From: the human T2T-CHM13v2.0 reference genome, Homo sapiens | Length of the DNA: 64,000 nucleotides | Assembly: GCF_009914755.1 (NCBI RefSeq) | Contig: NC_060927.1 | Strand: one strand, 5' to 3' | Shown here: piece by piece, positions 63,922 to 64,000 of the stretch | Layout: every line of letters starts with the position of its first letter | How positions within the stretch are numbered: position 1 is the first letter of the stretch | Made by a program: the position numbers and the translations under genes | The notes under the pieces: model-generated | Databases searched by the model: none | The model's input: the letters and a program-made list of their open reading frames with translations, nothing else | What the model was told of the DNA's origin: nothing

Positions 63922-64000
63922 GGCCAGGCGTGGTGACTCATGCTTATAATCCCAGCATTGTGGGAGGCTGAGGCGGGAGGATCACCTGAGGTCAGGAGTT
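63922..64000 (+). mobile_element. Alu 5' end, cut by the window edge
   Basis: GGCCAGGCGTGGTG...GATCACCTGAGGTCAGGAGTT. Confidence 0.93.

Overview
Primate (human-like) nuclear DNA. AluY, AluS and AluJ elements are all present, in a GC-rich, SINE-dense compartment (GC level judged by eye). I find no recognisable protein-coding exon, CpG-island promoter, tRNA/rRNA gene or CRISPR array. The six-frame ORFs look like chance read-throughs of Alu, L1, L2, MIR or low-complexity DNA. The window is therefore most likely intergenic or deep intronic, and I cannot name the locus. Contents: about 27 Alu units (many with readable target-site duplications, several nested), dozens of MIR and L2 relics, old L1M fragments, several MaLR/ERVL LTRs, DNA transposons (Tigger3, MER53, MER45, Zaphod/MER115-like) and microsatellites. 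Subfamily names are from my recall of consensus sequences and need RepeatMasker/Dfam confirmation; boundaries of old repeats are approximate. The most unusual non-repeat signal is a 149-nt minus-strand exon-like segment (49843-49991). Each of its splice sites is covered by its own long intra-exon helix, in an interleaved and probably mutually exclusive order, which makes it a candidate RNA-structure splicing switch. Other notable items: a perfect head-to-head NR5A-site palindrome (36154-36174); a cluster of three ERR/NR5A sites (56818-57193); a CpG- and motif-dense candidate enhancer (38275-38760); a miR-1302-like MER53 hairpin; a tail-to-tail L2 hairpin; two young tandem duplications; an old dispersed duplication with a 520-bp offset; two decayed arrays I cannot assign to a family; and a triple-nested Alu containing an inverted pair 26 bp apart. 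All functional interpretations are hypotheses.
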